Source: Felis catus (taxonomy: Eukaryota). From it: a stretch of 64,000 nt of DNA. Of this stretch, positions 24,067 through 35,985 are shown piece after piece (the stretch's first letter is position 1; each line of letters starts with the position of its first letter). Under the pieces are notes generated by a model that worked only from the letters and a program-made list of their open reading frames with translations, was not told the origin of the DNA and made no database searches. A program made the translations under genes and the position numbers. Location of the stretch: positions 109,804,001 to 109,868,000 of the forward strand of contig NC_058373.1 of the NCBI RefSeq assembly GCF_018350175.1, given 5' to 3'.

Positions 24067-24576
24067 TTGTAGTTTTATGGTTTTATTTAACACAAATATG
24101 ACATGCACATAAGCTCTCTATTCATTTTGTTCGCTGCACAATCTGGCATCGGGATTCGTGACTCTGATGGCCAGTTGGGCTGCTCTTTCTACAGTGGCTT
24201 TTTGATTCTTGGAGGAGACATTGTGAGCAGTCTCTGCACAGTAAGATTTATTGCACATCAGCAGCACCTCAAGCTCCTTGACATTGTGGACTAGGAACTT
24301 CCGGAAGCCACGGGGCAGCATGTGCTTTGTCTTCTTGTTGCTCCCGTAACCAACGTTGGGCATCAAGATCTGGCCCTTGAGTCTTCTGCGCACTCTATTG
24401 TCAATGCCTCTGGGTTTCCGACGGTTGCGCTTGATTTTGACATGTCGGCCTGACTGGTGCCAGATGAACTTCTTGGTCCACTTTTTAGCAGTCTTGGGCT
24501 TCACCAGAGGTTAAGGGCAGCCGTGATGCTGAGTAAGAGATGGCTGCCACCTCCACAGGCAGCGCCGAGGACAAGA
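24005..24576 (-). pseudogene. RPL32: Processed RPL32 (60S ribosomal protein L32/eL32) pseudogene, full length
   Basis: Intronless ORF 24118-24504 matching RPL32 ([38 protein letters not shown]). 5'UTR retained to the pyrimidine-rich start; ATG changed to ACG at 24522-24524; 1-nt deletion in codon 5; AATAAA at ~24082-24087; tail converted to (GAAA)n. Confidence 0.96.
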
Positions 24577-24789
24577 CAGGAAGCGTATTCGTGTCAAGTG
24601 TACAGTGCAGTGATCCAGCAGTTCTATACAATACTCCATACTCATCACAGGTGCGCTCCTCAATCCCCGTTTCACCTGCTTCACCCATCCCCCTACCCAC
24701 CTCCCATCTGGTAACCATGTGGTTGTTGTTTATAGCTAACAGTCTGGTTTTTAGTCTGTCTCTTTTTTCTCCTTTGTTCACTCGTTTCT

Positions 24790-25210
24790 TTTCTTTTTTT
24801 TTTTTAATTTTTTAAAGTCTGTTTATTTTGAGAGAGACAGCCACGGAAGGGGCAGAGAGAGAGAAGAAGAGAGAGATGGAGAATCCCAAGCAGGTTCTAC
24901 ACAATCAGAGTACAGAGCCCGATATGGAGCTCAAACTCATGAACCACGAGATCATGACCTGAGCTGAAAGCAAGAGTCAGCTTCTTTAACCAACTGAGCC
25001 ACCCAGGTACCCCTCTTTTCTTCTTTTTAAATTTTATTTATTTATGTTGAGAGAGAGGGAGGAGCAGAGAGGAGAGACAAAATCCCAAGCAGGCTCCACG
25101 CTGTCAGCGCAGAGCCTGCCTCAGGGCTCAAATTCACACACCGTGAGATCATGACCCGAGCGGAGGTCAAGAGTCAGATGCTTAACTGACTGAGCCACCC
25201 AGGTGCCCCT
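24790..25210 (-). mobile_element. Two tandem Can-SINEs within the L1
   Basis: Reverse heads ending at ~25014 and ~25209. Confidence 0.9.
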
Positions 25211-25571
25211 GTTTGTTTTGTTTTTTAAATGCCATATATGAATGAAGTCATATGGTATTTGTCTTTAGATGAAAAAATGTTTTAAAGAATTTAGAAATTT
25301 CAGTTAATATGAAGTATAGAAAGAGAAGAAAGAAAATGGAAGGCTGCCATTTATCAAAGAAATAATACAAAAACGTGTCCTAGAACAGAAGGATATGAGT
25401 CATTGTTGTGTCTCCCAAAGAGGAAAGAGAAAGCACAACTAAGGTATGTTATGGAGAAATGTCAGTATCCTGGGCCTACGGAGAAGATCCACAGAAATGA
25501 GGGAGGTGGACTGTGGTGGAATGAAGTCTTCCTCCACTGTGATGGGAAGTCAATATCTAAAATTAATTTTA

Positions 25572-25720
25572 GGGGTGCCTGGGTGGCTCAGTCAGTTAAA
25601 CCTCCAACTCTTGGTTTTGGCTCAGGTCATGGTTTCCCAGTTTCGTGGGTTTGAGCCCCATGTCAGACTGCACTGGTAGTGAGGAGCCTGCTAAATAAAT
25701 AAATTTAAAAAAAATAAATA
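25572..25720 (+). mobile_element. Internally deleted Can-SINE
   Basis: TSD taaaattaatttta. Confidence 0.85.
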
Positions 25721-25895
25721 AAATTAATTTTAAAATAACTTTATAAGAACATTGTTTAGAAATATGGTTGTAAATTTGGGTAAACAGCTAAAAGAATTTA
25801 AGATAGTTACCTGGTAAACAGGACTGGGATCACAGCAGGGAACTACTGTTAAAATTGTGAGTCTTTTAGTATTATGTCTTTTTAAAACTATAGCA

Positions 25896-26034
25896 TTTTA
25901 TTTTATTTTATTTTATTTTATTTTATTTTATTTTATTTTATTTTAGTAAGCTCTACACCCAGTGTGGGGCTTGAACTCATAACCTTGAGATCAAGAGTCC
26001 CATGTTCTACCAACTGAGCCAGCCAGGCACCCCT
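25896..26034 (-). mobile_element. Short-form Can-SINE with (ATTTT)n tail
   Basis: Reverse head ccagccaggcacccc; pentamer tail. Confidence 0.88.
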
Positions 26035-26639
26035 AAAATTATAGACTTTTATTGCTTTGGGAAACAGTAAATAATATTAACAAGAAGCCTCTCTAGCTTC
26101 CCTGCTCCCTTTGCCTGCAAATATGCCTTAAATGTCCACAGCCTGCTTTCTAAAATCAGGCCTCCTCCTGCCTTCTGATCTCTTTATCAGCCCTCTCTTC
26201 CCAGCCTCACACATCCTGCACACCCATCATGTATTCCTTTATGAACATGGATTGAGCACCTACTGTGAGCTAGTGGCTGTAGAAAAACGAATAAGATGCT
26301 TTCTCCATCCTCACTGAATGGTCTAATAGCAGAAACAGATGCATAAAAAAGAAGCACTTCCATGCATTTGATGCTTAAACAAAAGTATAGACAACTGCCT
26401 GTTCCACGGGAATCCAAAAGAAAGAGCAACATGTTGCACAAGTTTGTCTCTTAGAGCTCCATGCCCTTGATGATGCTGATTTGTGTGTTTGGGGTTGTTT
26501 TGGCCATGCAGAAGGACAACATGAAACTTCCTCTTATTGGGCCTGCCCTCTCCCTCCTCCCAGAAACAAAGGCTTTTTCTTTCTTGCTCTCCAATCACTC
26601 TGTCCATTGTGCTTTGATTCTCTTACTCAGCAAGCGTTG

Positions 26640-26825
26640 TGAGATAACAATTAAGAACTCCAGTTCTGGAGTGGAGAAGACTCTGGCACTTCCTAGCTTT
26701 GTGACAGGGCAGGCTACATATCTTTGTGTCCACCGGCTTCATTTCTTAGATGGGAAAAGAAGATAGAATAGGTTGTTTTGAATATTACATGAGATAATTC
26801 ATTGTAAATACTTAGAACATAGTGT
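26640..26825. mobile_element. MIR SINE
   Basis: cacttcctagctttgtgac...catgagataattc...acttagaaca. Confidence 0.6.
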
Positions 26826-27717
26826 TTATGATGGTCATGTCAACCTCCCCTACTGGCTGCAGTCCTGAGGAGGACAAGGATTGTATTTGATTCAACTTCT
26901 GTCACTGAGGTCCAGTTCAGAGCTTGAAACCTGCAAGGCACCTGTTTGCTCTGATGATACAGGAAGAAAGAAGACATTGGCCTAAGCAGATTTAATGGAG
27001 ATTGTGGGAACTGAACTGGTGGTAAAGGATGGATAACATCTAGCCAGGTGGTGGGAGTGGCCAGTGCAAAAAGTCTGTCATTGGGAAAGAGTGCGTGGGA
27101 ATCAGTTTGCTTACAAAGAGGGTGTACGTTGGGTGAATGAGAGATAAGGTTGGGTGAATGGGAGATGAGGATGGTACGTGGGATAAAGTTGTGAGCATAA
27201 ACAGGCAGAGGTATTTGGACCTGAGGTGGTAAACAGGGACTCGGTAGGCTCTTAAGAGTAATGCAACAATACCAATACTTAAGGAAGGTTAGTGTGTAAG
27301 TTGGCAGGAGCGCAAGGCTCCCTCTTGGACTCACCACACCTGATGAGTCACCGCAGTTGGTATGGAGCTAAGTGAAAAGCATGCATCTGAGTTTTATGAA
27401 AAGGAAATGAGAGATGATTCGATGGCTGCCTATACGGAGCAGTGGAGTCAAGCAAAGATAAATTTGGAAAGGAGAGCAGATTTTAGAAGAAAACTGGGAG
27501 GCAACATTCATCTTTTGAATTCAGCAAATACCTATTGAAAAAAATACTTACTGAGCTTCTGTTACATGCAGAGCATTGCTGAGTACCGTGGTGAATACAA
27601 AGAGCTCTCTCTTCAGGTAGAGGCAATAATACAGGTACACAAATCTCCAGGTACAGGAAGGAACGTGCTGTTGCTGGGAGAGAGAGAAGATGAGTAAAGA
27701 ACAGAGCATTTCAGACC

Positions 27718-27935
27718 AGTAGTTCTGAAACTTTTGTTCTCAGGACCCCTCTACACTCAAAACTTATTGAGGACCCCATGGAGCTGTTGTTTATATGTTA
27801 TGTCTATCGATACTTTTGTATTTGAAATTAAGATAAAAATTTTAAATATTTGCCTATTTTTAAGTAACAATATTAAACCTATTGCATGTTAACCTAAGTA
27901 ACATTTTATGAATAATATATTTTAAAATATGTAGT
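27718..27935 (+). mobile_element. hAT Charlie1-family DNA transposon end
   Basis: cagtagttctgaaacttttg...ctcaggacccct...attgaggacccc. Confidence 0.75.
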
Positions 27936-27938
27936 AAT

Positions 27939-28935
27939 GGGGAACGTAGCTGGCTCAGTCGGTGGAGCGTGCGACTCTTGATCTCAGGGTTGTGAGTTCA
28001 GGCCCCACGCTGGCTGTAGAGATTACTTAGATATAAAATCTTTTTTTCTCTCTCTTTTTTTTTTTTTGAAAGAGAGAGAGCATGGGGCGCCGGGGTGGCT
28101 CAGTCGGTTAAGCGTCTGACTTCACTCAGGTCACGATCTCGCGGTCCATGAGTTCGAGCCCCACGTCGGGCTCTGGGCTGATGGCTCGGAGCCTGGAGCC
28201 TGCTTCCGATTCTGTGTCTCCCTCTCTCTCTCTGCCCCTCCCCGTTCATGGTCTATCTCTCTCTGTCTCAAAAATAAATAAAAACGTTAAAAAAAATTAA
28301 TAAAAAAGAAAGAGAGCAAGGGAGGGAGGGACAGAGGGAGTGGGAGAAAGAGAGACTCTTAACCAGGTTCCACACTCAGCCCGGAGCCCAATGCAGGGCT
28401 CAGTCTCACAACTGTGAGATCATGACCTGAGCCGAAATCAAGAGTCAGATGCTTAACCAACTGAGTCACCCAGCTCCCCCCCTCCCCATTTGTAGAAACT
28501 TTATACAGGAAGGCAATGCTGGAAATAGTCAGTTCTAGGGGCGCCTGGGTGACTCAGTTGGTTAAGTAGCCAACTTTTGATTTCATCTCAGGTCATGATC
28601 TCATGGCTGGTTGTGAGTTCAAGCCTCACATCAGGCTCTGTGCTCACAGTGTGGAGCCTGCTTTGGATCCTCTGTCTCCCTCTCTCTGCCCATCCCCTGC
28701 TTGCTCTCTCTCTCTCGCTCTCAAATAAGTGTTAAAAAAAAAAAAGATTAGGGGCGCCTGGGTGGCTCAGTTGGTTAAGCGTCCCACTTCGGCTCAGGTC
28801 ATGATCTCGCAGTCTGTGGGTTCGAGCCCCACGTCGGGCTCTGTGCTGACAGCTCAGAGCCTGAAGCCTGCTTTGGAGTCTGTGTCTCCCCCTCTCTCTC
28901 TCTTTGCCTACCCCCCCCAGATAAATAAACATTAC
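27939..28935. mobile_element. Cluster of five Can-SINEs: short + 27939-28040; + 28084-28300 nested in - 28045-28480; + 28538-28745; + 28751-28935
   Basis: Repeated heads and tails read directly. Confidence 0.9.
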
Positions 28936-29179
28936 ATTTCCTTTTTACCTAAAAACAGGAAATTAGTTTTTACTAATATTTAATAAATAGAATGCCACTT
29001 GCGTTCAGTCCAAAGCTCAGATGGTCACATGAGGTGGCGGGTATCCAGCAACAAGAATTCAGGTGTCACTCTTCTGTGTTTGCTCCTTTTTAGCACATTG
29101 CGATACATTATACAATGGTACAGAAAAAGATTTACCAATCATAACATCTAACTACACTAACCTCACAAAATGGGTATTG

Positions 29180-29863
29180 GTGCAAGATCTCTTTCCTGGT
29201 CATTGCACCCGTTCCCCATATGCTGTCTGTTCTTGGCTGCTAACAACTCATAGGTATCCCTCCTGCCTGGGGGAATTGCCCTGAAATGATGGGGGCCACC
29301 TAATCAGAGAGGTTGGACGCTACCACTGCCTTCCCACCCACACCCCAGGAGACCTGGAGCTGATGACCAAACGTAAGGCTTGCCTCCTTTCCTCAAAGTG
29401 AGATGACTCCCTGGTGCCATACGCACCCCAAAGCTCCTTGTGGGATCAGACTGAGGATAAACTTCAATTGAGTCCACACCTTTGCCTAGCCCTTTCTCCT
29501 ACCCTGTTCTCTTTTTCTCACTGCCTTACAGGTTTCATCATAACATCACTCTCAGAAAGGAATCACTGGAATCCTCATCTCAAACTCTGCTTCTTAAGAA
29601 CCTGGCCTAAGGGGCGCCTGGGTGGCGCAGTCGGTTAAGCGTCCGACTTCAGCCAGGTCACGATCTCGCGGTCCGTGGGTTCGAGCCCCGCGTCGGGCTC
29701 TGGGCTGATGGCTCAGATCCTGGAGCCTGTTTCCGATTCTGTGTCTCCCTCTCTCTCTCTGCCCCTCCCCTGTTCATGCTCTGTCTCTCTCTGTCCCAAA
29801 AATAAATAAACGTTGAAAAAAAAAATTAAAAAAAAAAAAAAAAAAAGAACCTGGCCTAAGACA
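29180..29863 (+). mobile_element. LTR16-like ERVL LTR with a SINE inserted near its 3' end
   Basis: gggatcagactgagg...aatcctcatctcaaactctgcttc...cctaagaca terminus. Confidence 0.7.
29611..29844 (+). mobile_element. Young SINEC_Fc
   Basis: Perfect TSD aagaacctggcctaag at 29596-29611 and 29845-29860. Confidence 0.97.
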
Positions 29864-29889
29864 ATAAGCATACACTTTTGAAATACTCA

Positions 29890-30120
29890 TGGACTGCCTG
29901 GGTGGCGCAGTTGGTTAAGCATCTGACTTGGCCTCAGTTCATAATCTCCCGGTTTGTGAGTTCAAGCTCCGAGTCGGGCTCTGTAGTGACACCTCAGAGC
30001 CTGGAGCCTGCTTCGGATTCTGTGTCTCCCACTCTCTCTGCCCTCCCCCTATCATGCTCTGTCTTTCTCTCTCTCTCAAAAATAAATATTTTTACACATT
30101 TAAAAATAAAAAAAATAAAA
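29890..30120 (+). mobile_element. Can-SINE
   Basis: Head, CT region and A tail. Confidence 0.9.
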
Positions 30121-30676
30121 GTCACAAAGAGAAGACAAGAAAAGATCAATAATACAAAAGCAACAACAAAATGGCAAACTAGATTTTTCTTACTTCCAGC
30201 ACAGTCTCTTCTTAGTCAAAATAATGTAAAAATGGCAGCTTGATGAGATCTTATAAGAAGTCAGGTAAAATTATAAAGAAGACTATTTGAAATATGGATT
30301 TCTATTCACTTTTCTAGCAAGTGAATCTTGCCTTAGTGACTAGGATGGTTTGGAATATTAGCTAATAAGTAAAACACTGTCAGCAAGGTATTTAAAATCT
30401 ATGCATCCAGAATATGAAGCTTAAATCTCAGCAGTCTTTTCAGTGATGTTTAAAATTACGTGACCATGCAATACTTTATACAATTTCACGTAACATTAAG
30501 TGATAAATGTTTAGAATTCTAAGATTTCTTCCCAGGTTTCCTAACACTGAAAGACAAAACAAAAAAATAGCAACAACTAAAAAGAAACCAATTTACCACT
30601 AATTACACATCATTCCTTCCTACCACAGTTAAATAGCTAAAATAATTTAAAGAATTTTAAAAAGGGACAAAACATA

Positions 30677-30866
30677 TATTTTTTAATTTATGCTTATTTT
30701 GAGAGAGAGAGAGAAAGAGAGAGAGCACGAGCAGGGGAGGGGCAGAGCAGTCTGCCCTGGCCGTGCACAGCCAGATGTGGGGCCTGAACTCAAGAACTGC
30801 GAGACTGTGACCTAAGTCAAAATCAACGGTCTGACGCTTAACCGACTGAGCCACCCAGGCACCCCT
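30677..30866 (-). mobile_element. Can-SINE
   Basis: Reverse head and tail; aaaaca(t/c)at flanks. Confidence 0.88.
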
Positions 30867-31370
30867 AAAACACATTCCTTTAGGTAACATACACTAAAAA
30901 GAATATGAATAGAAACTATTGTGGAAAGTTGAAGGAACAAATATTAGAAAAAGTTATGTGGTGCGAGAGGTTCCTATTAATTTGGATGAAAATAAAAGTG
31001 TTTCTAACATGTCTCAGCTTATGGTATTTATTCAATTCTGAGTCAATAATGAAACATGGGAAGAACTGTTTTTCTTAAGCCATTACATTACATTACAAAA
31101 AAGCTATCTCAGAGAGATTATGTTTTTAATAGTAAATGACTTCTTTAATAAAAAATTTTCATGGGAAAACAAAACTGACTTTTTTAGTATTAGTGGGGCA
31201 ACTGACTTCACTAGAATAAATGAATTTTCTGGAATATGGTTACAGTGCTAATGACACATGTGACATTAAATCATGGGATTCATCACTGGCAGGATATAAT
31301 AAAAAGATAGTTGGAGTCAGACTATACAAACTTCTGCAGAATGTCATCAATCTGGTTATTTAAGAAAACC

Positions 31371-31790
31371 TTTTTTTAATGTTTATTTTTGAGAGACAGA
31401 GACAGAGCACAAGGCGGGGGGAGGGGGTGTGGAAGGAGGGCGGAGAGACGGGGAGACACAGAATCCGAAACAGGCTCCAGGCTCTGAGCTGTCAGCACAG
31501 AGCCCGATGCAGGACTTGAACCTATGACCCATGAGATCATGACCTGAGCTGAAGTCAGACACTTAACTGACTGAGCCACCCAGGTGCCCCAACCTGTCCT
31601 TTTTTTTTTTTTTTTTAAATGAAGAGTTTATTTTGAGAAAAAGCAAGAGCATATGGGAGGGGCAGAAAGAGAAAACCAAATCCTCTGCATTGTCAGCCCA
31701 GAGCCTGATGCAGGGCTTGAACCCACAAATTGTGAAGTCATGACCTGAGCCAAAGTTGATGCTTAACCTACTGAGCCACCCAGGTGCCCC
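31371..31790 (-). mobile_element. Two tandem Can-SINEs
   Basis: Reverse heads ending at ~31590 and ~31790; gtcaatct(g/a)gttatttaa-like duplication around the pair. Confidence 0.9.
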
Positions 31791-31838
31791 TCGTCAATCT
31801 AGTTATTTAATAAAAACAAGACTTTAAAATTTTAGTGT

Positions 31839-32181
31839 AGGGGCGCCTGGGTGGCTCAGTCGGTTAAACGTCCGACTTCGGCTCAGGTCATGATCTCACG
31901 GTCCGTGAGTTCGAGCCCTGTGTCGGGCTCTGTGCTGACAGCTCAGAGCCTGGAGCCCGTTTCAGATTCTGTGTCTCCCTCTCTCTCTGACCCTCCCCTG
32001 TTCATGCTCCGTCTCTCTCTGTCTCAAAAATAAATAAACATTAAAAATAAAATAAAATTTTAGTGTAGACTTTTTTAAGATTTTATTTTTGAGTAATCTC
32101 CGCACCCTGCATGGGGCTCGAACTCAACAACCCCAAGATCAAGAGTTGTGTGCTGTATCCGCTGAGCCAGCCAGGCACCCT
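31839..32181. mobile_element. SINEC_Fc (+, 31839-32052) followed by a short-form SINE (-, 32071-32181)
   Basis: TSD taaaattttagtgtag around the first element. Confidence 0.9.
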
Positions 32182-32603
32182 GATAGTGTAGGTTCTTTAT
32201 AATACTTTTTAATTATATGTAGAATGAGTATAAAAAATTTTCATATAGAGGGAGAGGTTCACGGATTTTTCTGTGGCAAAATAATAGATTTGCCAAAGTG
32301 AAGAAAAATTACACACTTTCTTTTTATAAAAAGGAAAGTTTCAAATTTCCTGCCTTTCTTGTGCTGACAAGTGGCTTTCTGTAAAATGCAATGTTGGCAA
32401 ATATTTTGGGGAACAGAAAAAAGGAACACTTGATCTGATTATTTCAGGTAACAGTGATCTTTTAACAATGAATGAAAAGTGATTTCTCATCAGAAGAATG
32501 TATAATTTGAAAACACATGCTTGGAAATGTTTCTATTATTGATTGTGTGAATTTATTACTGACGATGACACAAGTTTTTCACATATAAAAATTTAAGTAC
32601 ACT

Positions 32604-32815
32604 GGGGCGCCTGGGTGATTCAGTCCATTAAGTGTCCGACTTCGGCTCAGGTCATGATCTCGTAGTTTGTGAGTTTGAGCCCCGCGTCAGCACCACTCAG
32701 AGCCTGGAGGCTGCTTCCCATTCTGTGTCTCCCTCTCTCTCTCTGCCCCTCACCCACTGAGACTCTGTCTCTGTCTCTCTCAAAAACAAAATAAACATTA
32801 AAAAGATAAATTTAA
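32604..32815 (+). mobile_element. Can-SINE
   Basis: TSD aaaatt(t/g)aagtacactg. Confidence 0.92.
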
Positions 32816-33053
32816 AAAAATTGAAGTACACTGAAATTAGAAATGATTTTCAAGCTTGTTTGAAAATTTACTAAATGAAGAGTTAGAGTATATTTTTAAT
32901 CTATGTGTTAGATATAAAAAAGTAACATCTGATTGATGTTAGGGAAGATGGATATTTCTAGTGGAATTTGACAAAAATCTTCGTAATTAGGATACAGGAT
33001 TAAAAAAAACGAGTATCCTTTTTTTGTATTACTTCCCTTTGAATCTTACTACC

Positions 33054-33205
33054 TTTTTTTAACTTTTTATTTTGAGATAGGGAGGGGGAGTGGGGGAGGA
33101 GCAGAGAGAGGGAGAGAGAGAGAATCCCAAGCAGGATGGAGCCCCACATGGGGCTCAATCCCATGAACCATGACACTTAACTGACAGAGCCACCCAGGTG
33201 TCCCT
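33054..33205 (-). mobile_element. Internally deleted Can-SINE
   Basis: Reverse head and GA region. Confidence 0.8.
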
Positions 33206-33683
33206 CAAGTATCTTTATATCCAAGATGTTAAACCAAGAGTTTCAAAAATAATGAAATTACTTCTATTTTTCATGAGAGCAAAATATTTAAGAATCATCA
33301 ATAAGTAAAAATTATTTTAGAGATCTCATTCTGTAAAAATCCTTATTCTATGTGTATTTTATAATATAAAAAGCATTGGTACATATAGATAATTTATTAA
33401 TTACAGATTGGGAATAGATACCTGAACTTTTTTATGATGAATGTATAGTCAACAAAATTTGGTCACCAGGGGTTTAGTGAACACTAAGTACTACATTGAC
33501 AGAATGCCTTTTATTCTATTTTTTTTCCTTCTTCCAGGATTTTATTTAAATTCAAGTTAGTTAACATATAGTATAGTGTTGGTTTTTTATTCTTTAATGA
33601 AACTCTCTAAGCTGATACAATTAAGTATTTTAATTGCATTCTAAAATAGGTGCAAATTCAAGATGTAAGAATGAAAATATAAC

Positions 33684-33890
33684 TTTCTTTTTTTTAATGT
33701 TTATTTTTGAGAGAGAGACAGAGCATGAGCAGGGGAGGAGTAGAGAGAGAGGGAGACACAGAATCAGAAGCAGGCTCCAGGCTCTGAGCTGTCAGCACAG
33801 AGCCTCATACAGGGCTCAAACCCATGAACCGTGAGATCATGACCTGAGCCCAAGTCATATGCTTAACCGACTGAGCTACCCAGGCACCCC
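33684..33890 (-). mobile_element. Can-SINE
   Basis: TSD tgaaaata(t/g)aactt. Confidence 0.92.
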
Positions 33891-35018
33891 TGAAAATAGA
33901 ACTTACAAGTTTTTTCTTTGCAAAACAATCTGAAATCATACATAGAGTAATGTGGCGTATGGAACTCAAACATCCTTTCTGTGGTGGGAGAGTTAAGTCA
34001 ACAGAGCAAACCTATAAACCAGCCTGCTGCATGGTAGATTGAGATCTGCATGACCTGTTGATTATAGAGAGCCAAAAGACACGGTCCACATATGAGCCAT
34101 GGCCTTTTCACATGTTAATTCTACTCAATACAGAAAGGTGGTTCAATAGATGTCATAGTCTCACCATTTCACAAATAGATAGATCACTCTTGCATTCACA
34201 GAGGTGGAGAGAAGACAGAGGCCCCTCCCCTAGAACTTCCTAAAGAATGGAAGCTTTGGCAGACATTCTTACCTTATTGGCTGAAGCAAAAATGTGTAAG
34301 AGTGAAAGAATGAGTTTCCTCAAAAACAATCAAAATTCTAAAGGCAATGATTACAAATTTAATATTCAGAGATCAATAGCTTTCCCATGTATAGAAAAGA
34401 TCCAGTTAGAACATAAAGTGAATAAAAGATCCCATATACTATTTAAAAGATTATATACTCAGGGACAAACCTAAGAAATGTGCTAGGCCTGTGTGAAGCT
34501 AACTGGAGGATATTGAAGATGATTTGAGTATGTTTTGCAGAGTCAGTTCAGTTGTCATTTCTTCCAGGAAGACTGTCCAGATCCCCTGGGTTATATCAAA
34601 CCACTTAATGTAAATTCACCATGAAACCATGTATCTGTCCCTTAAAGCTTGGCAATTTTATGTTTATATGTGCAACGATTTGCTTAATCTCTTTCCTCTT
34701 CTGGATTTCACAATATCTGTAAAAACGGATATGTTACTTTAGTTACATTTACATCTCCAGTGCCTAGTATAGTTCCTGGTGTAATAGGCACTCAATAAAT
34801 GTTTCTTAAGTAAGTGATAATATCGTAAAAACTGTTACTCTACATAAATTAATCCATACCTTGAATATAATAACAGTTGGCATATCGGCAGCATTATGTT
34901 TTGGAAACTGACAAAGTGTTAGAATTCATCTAGATTCTGGAGACGATTGGTGGAGATAGTTGCACAATAATGTGAGTATGCACAGTGAAATTGTACACTT
35001 ACAAATGGTTAAAATGGT

Positions 35019-35220
35019 AGGCGCTTGGGTAGGCAGTCTGTTGGTTAAGCATCTGACTTTGGCTCAGGTCATGATCTCACAGTTCATGGGTTCGAGCCCC
35101 ACGTCAGGCTATGTGCTGACAGCTCAGAGCCTGGAGCCTGCTTCGGATTCTGTATCTCCCCCCCTCTCTGCCTTTCTCCTGCTTGTGCTCTCTTGCTCAA
35201 AAATAAATAAACATTTAAAA
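35019..35220 (+). mobile_element. Can-SINE in an L1 3' end
   Basis: aatggttaaa duplicated on both sides. Confidence 0.9.
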
Positions 35221-35319
35221 GAATGGTTAAAGTAGTACATTTTATGTATATTTTACAATAAAAAAAATGGCCAAAAAACTTCATCTGGAAATATGAGAAT
35301 AGACAGAAAAAACTTTTTA

Positions 35320-35498
35320 AAAATTATTATATTTTAGAGAGCACAAGCGGGGGAGGGGGCAGAGAGAGAGAGAATCTTAAGCTGACTCCATGCTCAGCAC
35401 AGAGCCATACATAGGGCTTGATCCCACGAACTGTGAGATCATGATCTGAGCCAAAATCAAGAGTTGGATGCTCAATCAATTGAGCCACCCAGGCGGCT
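35320..35498 (-). mobile_element. Can-SINE
   Basis: Reverse head and tail; gaaaaaacttttta-like flanks. Confidence 0.85.
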
Positions 35499-35985
35499 TG
35501 AGAGAAAAAAAAACTTTTTAAAAAAGAACATTAATAGAGAAATAATTAATCTTTCTAAAAATTGAAACTTATTGTAAATGTGCAGTACTAGAAACCCTTT
35601 GCAACCAGATAAACAAATCAATGAAGCTGAGTAAAGACTCCAGAAAAAGACTAATATTTATATGGGAATTTAGTACAAGATAAAGATAACATTTCAGTGT
35701 AAAGGGGTGATTTATTCAACAATACTTTTGGGAAAATAAGATAGCCACAAAAAAAAAGGACTGAATTTGCATTAGGTCACTTCTTTAGAAATATTAGGTT
35801 ATTCACATTCATGGTAAAACAAAAAAAGAAAAAACCTTGAAATGATACAAAACTATATACATTAAGAAGTGAATTACCCTCTCACTCCCTCCCTATTTCT
35901 CTTCCCAAAGTTGATCCCTAAAACTAGTTTCTTGGGTATCTTTCCAGAGATATCATGTGCCTTTTATGTATATATTATCTGGGTT

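Larger units (their letters stand above)
23750..25266 (-). mobile_element. Carnivore L1 3' end split by three SINEs and the RPL32 retrocopy
   Basis: Collinear L1 pieces at ~23760-23800, 23986-24004, ~24586-24790 and 25211-25266, matching the reverse of the L1 copy at 19112-19460. Confidence 0.85.
30400..33470 (+). mobile_element. Fragmented hAT (Charlie7-like) transposase fossil interrupted by seven SINEs
   Basis: Decayed hAT motifs in collinear order: HCxxH-like at ~31255-31295, LQNVINLV at ~31330-31360, and EVRWLSRGK-like gaggttcacggatttttctgtggcaaa at ~32255-32280. Confidence 0.5.

Noticed and set aside
26840..27337. 165-aa minus-strand ORF as a gene
   Set aside because: GTG start, low-complexity Pro/Leu/Ser composition and no recognisable domain.
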